A stretch of DNA of 64,000 nt from Octopus vulgaris (GCA_951406725.2 OX597834.1:28706001-28770000), one strand, 5' to 3'; shown: positions 11,773-26,859, numbered from the stretch's first letter. Notes: generated by a model from the sequence alone, not told the origin. Made by a program: numbers and translations.

Positions 11773-12811
11773 GAGGCGCAATGGCCTAGTGGTTAGAGCA
11801 GCGGACTCGCGGTCGTAGGATCACGGTTTCGATTCCCAGACTGGGCGTTGTGAGTGTTTATTGAGCGAAAACACCTAAAGCTCCACGAGGCGCCGGCAGG
11901 GATGGTGGTGGCGAACCCTGCTGTACGTTTCGCAGTTTCAACATTCATCAAAGTATTTAAATATTGGTTTCAAATTTTGGCACAAGACTAGCAATTTCCG
12001 CGGGGAGGAAGTCGGTTACATCGACCCCAGTATTCAACCAGTACTTATTTTATCGATCTCGAAATGATGAAAGGTAAAGTCGGCCCTGACAGAATTTGAA
12101 CACGGAAGACATGCAGCTTAGCATTTTGCCCGACGTGCTAACGATTCTGCCAGCTCACCGCCTTAAAGAATACAAATATCCAAAGCAAGTTTGATATCTA
12201 CTATCTGTTGTCAGACCAATAACTCTATGGTTCTTTTCTATTTTTCACTTCAATTTATTTTTAAAAGATTTAGTGAAAGAATGAAAGGTGGAATTTATTC
12301 TCAAGCCAGAGAAGACGTGGTTCGAATGCTTGAAACAGAGTATAGCCTGCTAAAGGAGCTCAGTACTATATGCTGGTGTTAAACTGGATGATAGATTCAA
12401 TTAAAGGGCAGGAGTAGATCCCTATCTTCACAACAACCTACGAACTTATCCAAACTCCGCAACTTCACTGTGTTCTTTTCTTTAGTTTTATATGTCAATA
12501 TACATTGTCGGTACACAGGTGCGCTATCCCAGGTGTTTTTTTACTGTTTAAGTACCTGATTCTTTCGAATCCTGAAAGTTTATATGTTGCTACACATCGC
12601 TGGTCACAATGCGCTCTTGCATTGTTTTGGCCTTCAAATGCCGCCATTCCGCTGGCTAGGCGAGCAGGCCAACATTCCCCACTGATCGAAGGAGACTGGA
12701 GCAATGTGTACTGAAGTGTCTTGGTCAAGTACACAAGTCAGAGAATCGAACCCACGATCTAACAATCCTGAGTGCGACAGCCTAAGCATTAGGCCACGCT
12801 CCTTCATATAT

Positions 12812-12997
<186 letters not shown>

Positions 12998-13062
12998 ATA
13001 TATTTATATATATACATACATATTTATATATATACATATATATTTATATATATATATACATA

Positions 13063-13100
<38 letters not shown>

Positions 13101-13101
13101 C

Positions 13102-13180
<79 letters not shown>

Positions 13181-13192
13181 ATACATATATAC

Positions 13193-13226
<34 letters not shown>

Positions 13227-13239
13227 ATACACACATATA

Positions 13240-14119
13240 CGAGATCTGATCAATAAGTAGCGGAACTGGTACTATAAAAGCAAAAGTACGATACGTACCA
13301 ACTTCGTATTTAATCTCCTTCAAAGTAGTCTCCTTCGGAAGCCACACACTTAATCCAGCGCTATTTCCATTGATGGAAGCATTCCTGGAAATCGTTTTCT
13401 GGGATAATCAGCAGCTGTCTCTTCGCATTCCCTTTGATTTCCTCGACGTCCTAAAATCTTGTTCCTTTCAAGCGGAATTTGATTTTTGGAAAGGTGAAGT
13501 TACAAGAGGCGAGATCTGGGGAATACGGTGGCTGTCGAAATTGGGGAATGCTGTACCAAGCCCAAAACTGCTACACTGAATGGACATTGTTAGCTGAAAG
13601 CAGCTTTGGCACAAACTTCTCAGACACGAGTCTCATGCCCAAATCTTCAGTGATAATGGACTGAACTGAACCGTAACTAATCTGCTCATCTTCTGATAAC
13701 TCACGGATGGTGATTCGACGATTTCTCCTCACAGCTGCACGCACATCTGAGCTGTTTTTTCTGTTCTGCTGGTTGCGGACTTCGCTGAACGTTTGCCACT
13801 ATCGACATTTTTTTGGCTCATACACTCCTCTTCATACAGTTTCTGCAAGTTTGCGTAGGCCTCTGAGCAGGTATCGCCAGGCTTTTAGCGAAGTTTGATG
13901 CAGATTCTCGGTTCAACCTTGTCATGGTAAATGCGACGATCACACGCTACACACGTTCCTTCAAAGCACTGCTGTAAACAGCAGAAGTGAGTTAGAACAT
14001 TAAAACTTAGTGCGAAGGCTCAGTAGAGTTCAAGGTCAATCTGTGTCAAGCGGCTTTACTCTGCGTGTTTTAGCTTCGTTACTATGAAAACAGTCCGGAT
14101 ACCTATTGATCATACCACG
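13240..14119 (-). mobile_element. Internally deleted mariner element
   Basis: Imperfect TIRs cgagatctgatcaataagtagcggaactg / cagtccggatacctattgatcataccacg, TA on both sides; minus-strand EPRICIKL..GDTCSEAYANLQKLYEEECMS transposase N-terminus. Confidence 0.8.
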
Positions 14120-14124
14120 TATAG

Positions 14125-14585
14125 TGGAAAGCAAATTTGTAAAAATAGAACTCGAACACTAAAGGGTAGAGCAAAATAGCATTTTATTGAAACAGAAAAG
14201 TTTTCGCGAAGTTACAGGTTCATGTTATCGATCATCAGACAAACGCAAGTACCTTCAACCATATGATGGTTTATAAATGTTTGTAAACTGTACAATGACA
14301 ACTATTTAGTAATTCAACAAATAAACATTTATAGCATAGAGGGCACGGAGTTATCGCTTTTCGAAATAACAGGAATTTATTGGAAGACACTATTTGGGGA
14401 TGACTGGAAAATATAACCATTAAAAAATTAGTCGAAATTAAATCTAAAAACCGAATAATATAATAACTGTAAAGTAGACTGTTTATCCATATATATATTG
14501 AGAGAATTTCTCCAATATATCATTGATAATACCAGTTGATCTCAGGATTTTATAGTTTCTAAGGAGGACATTATATCGTCAAATT
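14125..14585 (-). mobile_element. Decayed Penelope-like element 3' end
   Basis: Minus strand reads ...TPCPLCYKCLF-like C-terminal remnant, then decayed hammerhead gt-CTGATGA-N10-GAAC-ct-GTA-ac (14211-14240) and AATAAA. Confidence 0.45.
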
Positions 14586-14612
14586 GCCTGTATGTATGAA
14601 TATATATATATA

Positions 14613-14992
14613 GTGACGCATATTTGCCATTTGAATATGGCTAACCCCTAAGGGTGGATGCTACTGTAGTTTGTAGCCCCAGGAAGATATCTCCTCCAGC
14701 TGGCTATAGACACACTATCTGTGTCCTCTCAGTATTTGTGAAGGGGAGTCATCCTCCCCGTCTTCAACTCATGATACACACGGACCCGAGTTTCAAGGTG
14801 TTTACCTTTCATCAGCGTGTGACAATCATGGTTGTCGACGAGAAGTCAGCTCCTTTCACAAATGCATATACTTTTTCCAGTGTCGATTGACACTGATATT
14901 GAAAAAGTGAAATCAAACAATGATAAATCTCAGAGCGAGTTATAAACAGTAGCGGTAACATATCGTGACGCATATTTGCCATTTGAATATGG

Positions 14993-14995
<3 letters not shown>
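14613..14995 (-). mobile_element. Retrozyme/Penelope-type non-autonomous element (352-nt unit plus 31-nt direct terminal repeat)
   Basis: gtgacgcatatttgccatttgaatatggcta at 14613-14643 and 14965-14995; central hammerhead; flanked by (TA)n on both sides. Confidence 0.7.
14777..14821 (-). ncRNA. Minimal type I hammerhead ribozyme
   Basis: Minus strand cacacg-CUGAUGA-aaggu(aaac)accuu-GAAA-C(ucgg)G-UC-cgugug: 6-bp stem I, complete core, 5-bp stem II, short stem III, GUC cleavage triplet. Confidence 0.88.
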
Positions 14996-15044
<49 letters not shown>

Positions 15045-15114
15045 GCATACATACATACAAACATACATACATATACACACATATACATATACATATATGT
15101 ATAAATATATATTT

Positions 15115-15162
<48 letters not shown>

Positions 15163-15906
15163 GCTATTTGCAACATTATACCATAATGGAAAATTATAGT
15201 GGTCAACTGAGCTTGACTAAAGGTGTGAATAACGTCTACATTGCTAGAAATAGGCGCTGAAATGCCCCAATACTGTTACAAAGCACATAACATACTCTGT
15301 GTGTGCGCATGCGTGTGTGTGTGTGTGCGTATGTATGTATGTATGTATGTATGTATGTATGTATGTATGGTTGTTCGTACGTATGTGAAGCCCAAAATCA
15401 AGGAAGTATTACGGCAACAAACGAAAAAGACAATAAAAAAAAATTCCCACCAAAACAATTTACAAAATGGCTGCCAAATCATTAATGTTTATTTGGATGG
15501 TAGAGAGATTGTGTTAGGTTAGCTTCCATACGTTAGTTGTTCTAACAAAGACTTAATGAGTAGCAAACACTGTTTTATTGACAGATATATATGTATATAT
15601 GTATAAGACAGGTTCTATGGCGACGGCTGTTTTTAGTGTTTTTAGCCATGTTGCAAGATTTGGTTGGGGGTAAATACAAGAGGTAGATATGTAGGTATGC
15701 GTGTATGTGTATTTGTGTCTGTATGTGTATATGAACGTATCATGTACGTGTGTTTGTGTGTATGACTGTATGAGTGTATGTATATATGTATGTATGTATA
15801 TGTACGTGTATGTTTTCGTGTTGTGTGTCTTTATGCTTGTATATATATATGTGTATTCATGTATATACATGTGTGTGTGTGTTTGTGTTTGTATTTGTGT
15901 GTATAT

Positions 15907-15963
<57 letters not shown>

Positions 15964-15968
15964 CTAGA

Positions 15969-15999
<31 letters not shown>

Positions 16000-16010
16000 C
16001 TGATATATAC

Positions 16011-16043
<33 letters not shown>

Positions 16044-17557
16044 ATATGTATATATATAGATATGTACATATATGTATGTATATATAGATATGTACATATA
16101 TGTATGTATATATATATATGTACATATATGTATATATGTATGTATATATATATATATACATATGTACATATATGTATATATGTATGTATATATATATATA
16201 TATGTACGTATATGTATATATGTATATATATATATATATATATATAGATATGTACATATATGTATGTATGTATATATATATATATATATATAGATATGTA
16301 CATATATGTATGTATGTATATATATATATATATATATATATAGATATATATGAGTGTCTTTGTGTGTCTGTGTGTGTGCATATAAATCAATGTATATAAA
16401 TATGCATGTGTACGAGCGTGACTATGAATGTATCTGTGAATTTATGCATACACACATATATATATATTTATGAGACTATAAAAGTACTTACGTTCATATA
16501 CGGATGTAAATATAAACATACGTGTAGGGGGTGGGTAGAAATAAAGAGAGAGAGAGAGAAAATAGAAAGGGAGAAGTGGCCTGTACGATGTATTCCTACC
16601 ACTCGGTCACAATTTACCTCTGTGACTGTTTTACGTTGAGGGTGTAAACATATTGTTGATTATCGACGGGGAGGTGGTTCAGCATCCAAGCCATTCCCTC
16701 TCAGAGTGGATCTAGCAGCATAACCGTTTCTAATGCACTAAAACAACACCGAAACTATGTCAGAAGAATGGCAAACAACGTCAAGTTGTAGCCTCACTTT
16801 CCACCAGAAGAATGGAGAAGGGAGACCAACGTAGAAGTGTCACGAATGACAAAAATTGATAGCAGGATATCTGGACGGTGGCACTGTCTGGAAAGTGATG
16901 CAGCGTTAGGGGTGAGAGGTTTGAAGAGATGGTTTTTTATTGCCCACAAGGGGGCCAATATAGATGGGACAACACAAAGACATGTGGGGACATGTAGCAC
17001 AAAACTTAAAATAAAATTACAAATAAAATTATAAAATGATAATATGAAATTTTTTAGAAGTGAAGGGACCCTGCAAAGCAGAGACCATAGTAGCTAAAGC
17101 CCATGCAAAAGAACAGTGTCTTCAAGTAAGTCAGAATGAGAAGTACACGTAAGCCTATGCTATCGTAATACAACAGTATTACAAAAGCCTTAGAGTGCCT
17201 TTAGCAAAATTAGAAGAGGTACACCAAGGGAAGATGAAAGAGGTTAAATCAGCTTAGCAGGAACGGACTTCATATTCCAGTATCGAAGCAACACTCTCAA
17301 CTTGTGACATGGTTTGACTAAATAATGTCCTGCTTATTGAGATGATGGCGCCTGAAGAGATAATATGGGGTTGGTACATGCATGTGTGTGTATGTGTGTA
17401 TATATTTGTACACCGTATCTGTTAACGGTTATTTTGAATGCTCTTTTCGCTGTGTTGCGTGTTCGTTTCTTTGTCCATTTGTTGTTTTAGTATTGATCTT
17501 TTTAGTGCGGCGGGCAAAACTTCCAAAGATAAAAGTGCGCCGGCGGATCACAAGTTC

Positions 17558-17941
17558 TGTGGTAAGTAGTTTGTTTACTAACCACATGGTTCTGGGTTCA
17601 GTACCCCTGCGTGGCAACTTGGGCAAGTGTCTTCTACTATAGCCTCGGGCCGACCAAAGCCTTGTGAGTGGATTTGGTAGACGGAAACTGAAAGAAGCCT
17701 GTCGTATATATGTATATGTATATATGTGTGTTTGTGTGTCTGTGTTTGTCCCCCTAGCATTGCTTGACAACCGATGCTGGTGTGTTTACATCCCCGTAAC
17801 TTAGCGGTTCGGCAAAAGAGACCAATAGAATAAGAACTAGGCTTACAAAGAATAAATCCTGGGGTCGATTTGCTCGACTAAAGGCGGTGCTCCAGCATGG
17901 CCGCAGTCAAATGACTGAAACAAGTAAAAGAGTAAAAAGAG
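17558..17941 (+). mobile_element. SINE family B copy
   Basis: Near full-length match. Confidence 0.88.
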
Positions 17942-19360
17942 TATATGTATGTATAATTCGATATACATTAATAAAGATAAGTTTAACATATATATCTGAG
18001 TGTGTGTGTATGTGTGTGTGTGTCTGTGCGTGTGTGTGTGTGAAGGTTTTTGTCCAAGTAGTGCTGCGTGTCAAAAATAAACTAATTAATTTCTCGTTTA
18101 ATAAATACACTAGATTTATGGTTTGAGGGCATTATGTAATTAAAAAAAATAAGATTCAATTTTTTTCCAAGAATATTTTTGATTTGTTTCGAAATTATTT
18201 TTATTTTTCCTCGAGTCTTTTTTTTGTTCTAATCTGTTTTGAGCTTGCTTTTAATTTGCTTCCAGATTAAGTCGAATTTGCTTCGAGATTACTTAATTTG
18301 CTTCCAGACCAATTCTAATATGCTTCGTAGTTTATTTTTAATCTACTTCGAGTTTACTTTTAAAATTTGCTTCGTGATTACTTTAAATTTTTGCTAGAAA
18401 AACCTGTAGATACATCCTGCCATAACACATGGCGTGGCATAACCAGGGCAATCGGAAATAAAGAAACAACAACAACAACGAAAATGCTAATAAATAAAAG
18501 GAATATATTCTTTTCTACTCTAGGCACAAGGCCCGACAACTTTGGGGAAGGGGCCAATCGGTTTGATCGACCCCAGTATGCAACTGGTACTTAATTTACC
18601 GACCTCGAAAGGATGAAAGACAAAGTCGACCTCGGCGGAATTTGAACTCAGAACGTAGCGGCAGACGAAATACCTATTTCTTTACTACCTACAAGGGGCT
18701 AAACACAAAGAGGACAAACAAGGACAGACAAACGGATTAAGTCGATTATATCGACCCCAGTGCGTACTTAATCTATCGACCCCGAAAAGAGGAAAGGTAA
18801 AGTCGACCTCGACGGAATTTGAACTCAGAATGTAGCGGCAGACGAAATACCTATTTCTTTACTACCCACAAGGGGCTAAACACAGAGAGGACAAACGGAT
18901 TAAATCGATTATATCGACCCCAGTGCAAAGTTTGAAGGGAATTGCAGTCATTGCCTTTGATTTCTAGATAGAAGCAAATAAACAATAACACCTACTGACC
19001 AAAGCAAAAAAAAAAAAAAAAAAATCAACAATTTTATTTGCTACACAGTGTAATTTACTTTTTCGTTATTGATAGGATCGACAGAGAAGTGGAGTACTCC
19101 GTCCAGTGAGAGATACATATCACTTAATGAGCACAGGATTTAAATGTGGACTACTATAGTTTTCATGCTCTAACGAGCTTGCAGAGCGCGCCGAGTATTA
19201 ATCCCGTAATCGTTCAGGCACAAAAATAAATATGGGTCTCTGAATGATTGCTGGATAATGCACGGCACTCTATATAAGCACGTTCGATTACTGTACTTTT
19301 CGAGTATGAAACTTATAGTAGGTCACATTTACATTCTGTGTTAATTAAATCGCAAGCGCG

Positions 19361-19860
<500 letters not shown>

Positions 19861-20458
19861 TTCTTTGTGAGAAACCATTTGCTTCGTTCTAGAAATAACT
19901 TTAATAGATAAAAGCAGAATGTAAAGTTAGACATACATACACATACACATGTTTACATACACACATACATACGTAAGTACACGCAAACCCTGATGCATAT
20001 CTAAATATGTTTGCACAGATACATATACACACACATCTGTGTAAGTGCACGCGTATGTGCTCACACATATATCTGCGTGCAAATACGCATATGCACACAC
20101 ATATACGCACATACACACACGTCCACACATACAAGCACATACACACACACATACACAAACAGATTTGCATACACACATCTACACGCATACACATACACAC
20201 ACACACACACCCTCATGCAAATACACATACACACACATACACACTTGTTCCGACGTTTCTGTACTTTCCGAATATGTCAAAGGCATGTCGGAACATCTGT
20301 GGGCGTTTTTCCATTATGGATGGACATCGATATAATTTTTATCGATGACTACACCCCCATCCCCTACCCGCCGCCCTTCTCACTCCTCCTTCCCAAGATA
20401 AAAATCAACAATTCATTCTGTACTTTGGTGCTGTCATCTTCCCGCCCACGATTCATTA

Positions 20459-22664
20459 TTCTTCATCAAATGATGGCGTCTGTAAGGTGATCACTTGGTC
20501 TGCTAGAAATAACAGCCAACATTCTCCATCAAATGATGGCGTCTGTAAGGTGATCACTTGGCCTGCTAGAAATAACAGCCAAAATTCTCCATCAAATGAT
20601 GGCGTCTGTAAGGTGATCACTTGGTCTGCTAGAAATAACAACCAAAATTCTCCATCAAATGATGGCGTCTGTAAGGTGATCACTTGGCCTGCTAGAAATA
20701 ACAGCCAATATTCTCCATCAAATGATGGCGTCTGTAAGGTGATCACTTGGCCTGCTAGAAATAACAGCTAAAATTCTCCATCAAATGATGGCGTCTGTAA
20801 GGTGATCACTTGGTCTGCTAGAAATAACAGCCAACATTCTCCATCAAATGATGGCGTCTGTAAGGTGATCACTTGGCATGCTAGAAATAACAGCTAAAAT
20901 TCTTCATCAAATGATGGCGTCTGTAAGGTGATCACTTGGTCTGCTAGAAATAACAGCCAACATTCTCCATCAAATGATGGCGTCTGTAAGGTGATCACTT
21001 GGTCTGCTAGAAATAACAGCCAAAATTCTCCATCAAATGATGGCGTCTGTAAGGTGATCACTTGGCCTGCTAGAAATAACAGCCAAAATTCTCCATCAAA
21101 TGATGGCGTCTGTAAGGTGATCACTTGGCCTGCTAGAAATAACAGCCAAAATTCTCCATCAAATGATGGCGTCTGTAAGGTGATCACTTGGTCTGCTAGA
21201 AATAACAACCAAAATTCTCCATCAAATGATGGCGTCTGTAAGGTGATCACTTGGTCTGCTAGAAATAACAACCAAAATTCTCCATCAAATGATGGCGTCT
21301 GTAAGGTGATCACTTGGTCTGCTAGAAATAACAACCTAAAATTCTCCATCAAATGATGGCGTCTGTAAGGTGATCACTTGGCCTGCTAGAAATAACAGCC
21401 AAAATTCTCCATCAAATGATGGCGTCTGTAAGGTGATCACTTGGTCTGCTAGAAATAACAACCAAAATTCTCCATCAAATGATGGCGTCTGTAAGGTGAT
21501 CACTTGGCCTGCTAGAAATAACAGCCAACATTCTCCATCAAATGATGGCGTCTGTAAGGTGATCACTTGGTCTGCTAAAATAACAGCCAACATTCTCCAT
21601 CAAATGATGGCGTCTGTAAGGTGATCACTTGGCCTGCTAGAAATAACAGCCAAAATTCTCCATCAAATGATGGCGTCTGTAAGGTGATCACTTGGTCTGC
21701 TAGAAATAACTGCCAAAATTCTCCATCAAATGATGGCGTCTGTAAGGTGATCACTTGGTCTGCTAGAAATAACAGCCAAAATTTCTCCATCAAATGATGG
21801 CGTCTGTAAGGTGATCACTTGGTCTGCTAGAAATAACAACCAAAATTCTCCATCAAATGATGGCGTCTGTAAGGTGATCACTTGGTCTGCTAGAAATAAC
21901 AACCAAAATTCTCCATCAAATGATGGCGTCTGTAAGGTGATCACTTGGTCTGCTAGAAATAACAGCCAAAATTCTCCATCAAATGATGGCGTCTGTAAGG
22001 TGATCACTTGGTCTGCTAGAAATAACAACCAAAATTCTCCATCAAATGATGGCGTCTGTAAGGTGATCACTTGGTCCGCTAGAAATAACAGCCAAAATTC
22101 TCCATCAAATGATGGCGTCTGTAAGGTGATCACTTGGTCTGCTAGAAATAACAGGCAAAATTCTCCATCAAATGATGGCGTCTGTAAGGTGATCACTTGG
22201 TCTGCTAGAAATAACAGCCAAAATTCTCCATCAAATGATGGCATCTGTAAGGTGATCACTTGGTCTGCTAGAAATAACAGCCAAAATTCTCCATCAAATG
22301 ATGGCGTCTGTAAGGTGATCACTTGGTCTGCTAGAAATAACAGCCAAAATTCTCCATCAAATGATGGCGTCTGTAAGGTGATCACTTGGTCTGCTAGAAA
22401 TAACAGCCAAAATTCTCCATCAAATGATGGCGTCTGTAAGGTGATCACTTGGCCTGCTAGAAATAACAGCCAAAATTCTCCATCAAATGATGGCGTCTGT
22501 AAGGTGATCACTTGGTCCGCTAGAAATAACAGCCAAAATTCTCCATCAAATGATGGCGTCTGTAAGGTGATCACTTGGTCTGCTAGAAATAACAGCCAAA
22601 ATTCTCCATCAAATGATGGCATCTGTAAGGTGATCACTTGGTCTGCTAGAAATAACAGTCAAAT
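20459..22664. repeat. 63-bp minisatellite, about 35 copies
   Basis: Unit ccaaaattctccatcaaatgatggcgtctgtaaggtgatcacttggtctgctagaaataacag; 21-aa period in the ORF track. Confidence 0.97.
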
Positions 22665-22859
22665 TTTCCTAGAATCACACTTTTCGCTTTTGAGAAAAAG
22701 AAGAGCAAGTGAGATTATGTGGTCCGGGTTTTTCTAATTATGCAAAACAAATATTAATGCATAATAAATGCTGGAGTGGGTTACGGCTAGGGAGGGTGTC
22801 TATGGTCAATGATTCATAAATGGATATGACCTGATCGATCAAGGTTGGCCTGGGGTTAA

Positions 22860-23610
22860 ACAAGAACAACAACAACAACGATGACAACGACGAAGACGGG
22901 GAAAAAGTCAACGACGATATCGCCATTCTCCTCCTCCACTTCTTTATTATCATCATAACCATCATCATCGTCATCGTCGTCGTCGCCGTCGTCTACCATC
23001 ATCATCATCATCATCATCATCTTCTTCTTCCTTTTCATCCTCCTCCTCCTGATTTTCATCATAACCATCATCATCATCGTCATCGTCGTCATCATCAGCA
23101 ACAGCATCTTCTTCTTCATCCTCTTCTTCATCCTCTTCTTCTTCATCCTGCACTTCTTCATCCTCTTCTTCTTCATCCTCTTCTTCATCCTCTTCTTCTT
23201 CATCCTCTTCTTCTTCATCTTCTTCTTCATCCTCTTCTTCATCCTCTTCTTCATCCTCTTCTTCTTCATCCTCTTCTTCTTCATCCTCTTCTTCTTCATC
23301 CTCTTCTTCTTCATCCTATTCTTCTTCTTCTTCTTCTTCATCCTCCCCTTCTTCTTCTTCTTCTTCTTCTTCTTCTTCTTCTTCTTCTTCCTCCTCCTCC
23401 TCCCTCCCCCTTCTTACTCTCATCCTCATTATCTTCATCATCACCAACAACAATAACGACGACATCGACAAGAACGACAATATCAACAACAGCGGCTGAA
23501 ACATCCTCACCACCACCACCACCTCCACCACCAACATATACAACTACAATAACAGCAACACCCATCACCACTAACATCATCAAGGACAACAACAACAACA
23601 GCAACAACCT
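22860..23610. repeat. Trinucleotide low-complexity tract (CAT/CTT/CAA/CAC)n
   Basis: Direct inspection. Confidence 0.95.
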
Positions 23611-24250
23611 CAGCCCACATTTATGGTGATCCACGTTTCAGTTGTCCATTCTGGACCAAGATGCGATTCCGCCAGTGAAACGTTCTGTACTGGTTTCTCT
23701 GTCCCATGTCTTCCCCTCCTCCCTACGTCTATCGGCTGTGTTTGTTGTATGAAAGAATTATTGGAAAGGGAATGGTATGGCTGGAAGGGTGGGCGGTTGG
23801 AACTGAAGAGATGGGGGAAAGAGAAGAATAGAGGAGGGAGTGAGCAGAGTGAGAGAGAGGAAGAGAAGGATGGGGGAGAGAATGAATTTGGTGAGTGGGG
23901 AGGGGACAGAGAAAAAGAGAATCTGGTGAAAGAGAGAGAGAGATACAAAAGGGATATAGAGAAAAATTGGAGAGGGCGTGTGCATGAGACAGATACGAGT
24001 GAGTGTGTGTGTGTGCATGAGTGCGTGTGTGTGTGTGTGCGTGTGTGTGTAGAAAGAAAGATAGACAGAGAGAGAGAAAGAGAGGCAGGAATAGGATATA
24101 TGCATATGTGTACGTGCACCTCCGTGTGTGTGTATGTCTGTGTGTGTAGAAAGATTTATATATAAGTATATAACTGTATATATTAGTATATAAGTATATG
24201 CATATATATATATATATATACATACATCTATATATACATCTATATTTTTA

Positions 24251-24353
<103 letters not shown>

Positions 24354-24675
24354 ATATATATATATGTAAGAATATAACTATGTATATATTAGTATATAAG
24401 TATATGCATATACATGTATATATATATATGCATGTGCAATATACATATCAAGATATATACATATATGTGTGGGAGTGTGTGTGTGTGTGTGCGCGCGCGC
24501 GTATGTAAAAGTACACATTATACATACATGCGCGCGCGCGCATACATACACACATACACACATGTACATATACATATACACTAGCAGAGAGAGAAGGGGG
24601 AGTGTAAGTGATGAAAAGAGACGAGGAGTGTAAGTGTGGAGACAAGGACAAAGCAAGGTCGCAGAAAAATATCTC

Positions 24676-24694
24676 CAACACTACCACCACCACC

Positions 24695-24726
<32 letters not shown>

Positions 24727-25285
24727 CAACAACACTACCACCACCACCACCACCAACAACAACAACGCTAACAACACCAAGGTCAGTCCCCAATACCAAC
24801 ACCACCAATAGGGATATCACCGAGACAAATACCAACAGCAGCAGCAGCACCACCACCACCACCACGACTGCCACCACCACCACCATCACCACCAACACCA
24901 ACACCAACACCACCACCATCACCACCACCACCACCACCACCACCACCAACATCAACAACAACACCACCACCACCACCACCACCAACAACAACATCAACAC
25001 CACCACCACCACCACCACCACCACCAACACCAACACCATCAGTATCATCACCACCACCATCACCACCAACAACAACACCACCAACACCACCACCAACACC
25101 ATCAGTATCATCACCACCACCACCACCACCACCACCAACACCATCAGTATCATCACCACCAGCAACAACGCCAATGCCAGCACCGCCAACTCTAAAACCA
25201 ACAGTATCAACAACAACAGCATCAGGCAGCACCAGCACCACTTCCACCTCCAACACCCAAACCACCACAACCAACACCGCCACCA
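24676..25285. repeat. (CAC/CAA)n low-complexity tract
   Basis: Direct inspection. Confidence 0.95.
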
Positions 25286-25678
25286 TAAGTAATACCAACG
25301 TCAATACCATCTCCAAGACTATCTGTATTGTCACCTCTCACCACTTCACTACCACTACCACCATGAAGACTAAGTACACTATAGCCCACACTATCATCAT
25401 CATCATCACCCTTTATGTACTTCTACTTACACTACAAACAATAAGCCGACGAGACGGCTAATACGTGGTTTCTTGACCAGTAGAAATAACAGCCAAATTT
25501 CCGCAAAAATACCCCCAATTCGCTATATTCTTAAAATAGGACACGTTGGATAATGTTTTCCCTGGGTTCTTGCACATAAGAAAACCACGGGTTGATCACT
25601 ATTGGATTGTCTTTGATCATAGGTTTGTTCGAACAAGGATGATGTGAGCACCACTGCTACTACTACTACTACTACTAC

Positions 25679-26019
25679 TCTGAGACCCCTTCGGTCACGA
25701 CACTGACCATGGGCTTGCACCTAGAAAGTTACCCTCCCAGGCACAAGTCCGGGTAAGGTTGTTTATGGAAGACCAGCAGTCACCCATGCATACCACCCTC
25801 CCCTCTCCACACCACCAGTGTTATCCAAGGGAAAGGCAAAGGGGCCGATACAGCTTGGCACCTGTGACGTCGTAACTCGTTTCTACAGCTGAGTGAACTG
25901 GAGCAACGTGAAATAAAGTGTCTTGCTCAAGAACACAACACGCAGCCCGGTCCGGGATTCGAGCTCGCAACCTCACGACCGTAAGCTCGACGTTATAACC
26001 ACTGAGCCATGCGCCTTCA

Positions 26020-26020
<1 letters not shown>
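25679..26020 (-). mobile_element. SINE family D (other copies 27911-28163-, ~38490-38740+)
   Basis: tRNA-like head gtgaaggcgcatggctcagtggtta on minus strand; inserted in (CTA)n. Confidence 0.8.
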
Positions 26021-26052
<32 letters not shown>

Positions 26053-26199
26053 GACGACGACGACGACGACGACCAGTACAACTATAATCAGCATTCCAAA
26101 CCATAGAATTATTATGTGCTCCGTCGACGTACGAGAAATAATACTTGACCCTTCCACAAAACGTAGCCTAATATCTTAAAGTCGGGAAGTCCTGGTGAT

Positions 26200-26850
26200 T
26201 AATATGGCCCTAGATACGCCTTATCAAAATAAAACACGAGGTGATAACTCCATTGAGGGTTGGTTGCTGCATCAAGACTGAGAAAGGGTTGAGAATTTTC
26301 GAAGTTTTCCGTCAGAGAATTCGGAAGCTTTCGAAGAGGAGCTCTGCTCGTGGTAAAACTTGGACAATATTTCTGATCTTCGATTAAGAGATATTGCAAT
26401 ACGTGGGATGGGGTTGAGGTCATACGTCTATGTCCAGTTTGCACATGGCTTAGTGCTATCAACGACGTTACGAGTTATTGGAGGTTGCGTCAGTTCCTGA
26501 TAGGATCTTATAAACAAGCGTGTGGAAAGACACCGACGGTTATAGACTGGCAAGTAGGAAAGAGGTGGCTGCCTGATTATATCTTTGTACTTTTCAGAAG
26601 TCATGCTTTCCATGCAGGAATAAATCACCTTTAACTTGCGAGTTAAAGATATTGTGGTATTTGTGAGCGGGTGGGAAATGGTGTCTTGTGTTGAGACATT
26701 TCTGCTTATGTTTGTAGTGACTCCTATGTTGCTCTGTGAATTAAACCAGACTACTGTCCTCTTGTTAGTTCTGCTATGTTCAACGTCTCCATAGGGGTAT
26801 GACGGGAATGATGTGGCGGATATTGCGATTTTTTTAAAAATCAACAATCT
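26200..26850 (-). mobile_element. Penelope-like retroelement ORF remnant
   Basis: RTNKRTVVWFNSQSNIGVTTNI...LKVIYSCMESM resembles the PLE 'RNIIWFNPP...TNIG...KVSYSCMPNM' region; degraded. Confidence 0.6.
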
Positions 26851-26859
26851 TTTAAAAAT

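Noticed and set aside
20459-22664. CRISPR-like array or repeat-protein gene (300-aa ORFs on both strands)
   Set aside because: No unique spacers, eukaryotic context, no cas genes. ORFs come from a 3n stop-poor unit, are broken by indels and stops, and lack splice context.
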